64,000 nt of DNA from Perna viridis (Eukaryota): the NCBI GenBank assembly GCA_037379345.1, contig CM074518.1:10292001-10356000 (forward strand). The letters are read 5' to 3'. The notes beneath the pieces are model-generated. The model was not told where the DNA came from, ran no database searches, and was given only the letters and a program-made list of their open reading frames with translations. This document shows positions 62,901 through 64,000 of this stretch, piece by piece. The position numbers and the translations under genes are program-made. Numbering within the stretch: the stretch's first letter is position 1; every line of letters starts with the position of its first letter.

Positions 62901-63248
62901 TGGGTAAAACGTCTTCTTGCAGACAGTTTTTGTTATGTCATACAAATGTAGTAATTTAAAAATCAGGTTTTGATTGTAACACTGGTCTTCTCAATTAATC
63001 AAACATTCCCATCATAAAAGTCTAATTCAATAAATCAAACAACAATATAGAATCATGTAACTACTTATTCTTCCAATATACACATGATTAATATCAGAGA
63101 TGATTTTTTTACCAGGTGATAGTTGATGACACCCAGAACAATATTGTATATGAATTCCCATGTTATCGTTGGTTTGCTACTGATGAAGATGACAGGCAGA
63201 TCTCTAGAGATTTGTTGGCAGGAGTTGGACCAACATCCTCTGCTCCAG
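47961..63248 (+). CDS. Lipoxygenase homology (PLAT/LH2) repeat protein, LOXHD1-like; first 11 coding exons, continues past the window
   Basis: Phase-consistent exons: 47961-48099 (ATG), 51126-51263, 51638-51795, 52007-52162, 52361-52534, 54075-54240, 54927-55171, 55857-55992, 56167-56302, 56583-56685, 63116-63248. Three PLAT repeats, e.g. YEILIVTGDKAGAGTNANCFITIFG...IRLEHDNTGIMPGWFVERV...FPCGEWL and TGDKAGAGTDANVYVTLFG...IRIGHDNSGFKAGWYLDKV...FPCYRWFATDEDDRQISRDL. No stop codon reached. Confidence 0.9.
57427..60930 (-). CDS. Nested secreted coiled-coil protein with ABI3BP(TARSH)/FNDC1-type C-terminal domain, 2 exons, ~766 aa
   Basis: Exon 1 60930-58731 (ATG; donor AAG|GTTAGT), exon 2 57527-57427 (acceptor CTTACAG; AFLRKQWDEKPHLGFLSFMTPTPRWYECGKSLP*). 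Signal-peptide-like N-terminus (LFFISFWICNTIG|AP), ~600 aa of heptad-rich sequence, many N-x-S/T sites. C-terminal motifs C..KQLVKR, YVGVQLCSPTRYKIFL, DIADQYGYGQDHCQF and WYECG match the ABI3BP/FNDC1 tail (FVGVQLCNSLRYKIYL, IGDQRGHGEDHCQF, WYECG). Lies wholly within intron 56686-63115 of the PLAT gene. Confidence 0.88.
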
Positions 63249-64000
63249 GTTTGTATTGTATGTCTAATCCAATACATTAAAATGCCTCATATCTTCAGTC
63301 ATCAAAACTAATTCTAAATATTTAATGGACCCAGAAAGCAGGTCATGGTTGAAACCAGAAATATCCTAATAACCTGTCTACTGACTAACTAAAGATTAGA
63401 TGTAGATATATTGTGTATCAACATTTGCCACATTGCATCATTCAAATTGTTCTTATACACTTGAAAGCAGTTTGTTGCACCTGATTTATATCACCGCATG
63501 ACAACATAATGTCAAACTGGTGGCTGTAAGGAAAACAGCCTTGCCAGAAAATATCATCACATATTTACCCTAGTCTGACAAGATATGGGGGATAATTATA
63601 TGGGAAACCACTACATATATTGTATGGGTCACCAATGCAACAAGAAGAAGAATATAAAAAAAGTTTAATTTGTTATTTTTCAAAAAATACCAGACAAGGG
63701 AAGAAAACTATCCCTTGCCATCAGCTGTTTGATTATGCCAAATTTCAATTTAAAAAGTGGCCAATTATTTCATGCACAAAGGTCTTCTTCATTAGCGTTC
63801 CCATATCTTTCTAGTTCTGTTACTTCTGACATTTCTGATACTCAAACATTTCCTTTTTTTCAAAATTGATTTGTCATGTTAAGTTACATTGAGCAATAAA
63901 ACAAAAGAATTTCGAATGATATTTTGGCAGGGTAGGGCTCGCAAGGGTAAGAAAGCATATACATTAAAGTAAATCCCATGGCTGAGAGAAAAAAAGGCAT

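Overview
AT-rich animal genomic DNA with GT-AG introns; the repeat families and the excess of TACATGTA suggest a bivalve mollusc (inference). Four spliced protein-coding genes can be rebuilt by hand with consistent exon phases. (1) A SNX9/18/33-type SH3-PX-BAR sorting nexin on + (14 coding exons, 5816-29745; ATG exon not found). (2) A Smac/DIABLO homologue on - (5 exons, 46035-35319, ~276 aa) whose predicted mature N-terminus lacks the AVPI-type IAP-binding motif. (3) A LOXHD1-like PLAT-repeat gene on + (47961 to beyond the window end), head-to-head with DIABLO. (4) Nested antisense in one intron of gene 3, a two-exon ~766-aa secreted protein with a long coiled coil and an ABI3BP/FNDC1-type C-terminal domain but no FN3 domains; the ORF track misses its last exon. 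Mobile DNA is abundant: a 5'-truncated, frameshifted Naiad-type Penelope-like retroelement plus several copies of its structured 3' terminal repeat, an internally deleted LINE inserted into a 42-bp minisatellite, a deleted Kolobok-like element with convergent THAP and KolX-like remnants, a Helentron/HINE-like element carrying ~166-bp tandem repeats and nested insertions, and several MITEs. All family assignments come from motif recognition by eye, not database searches.
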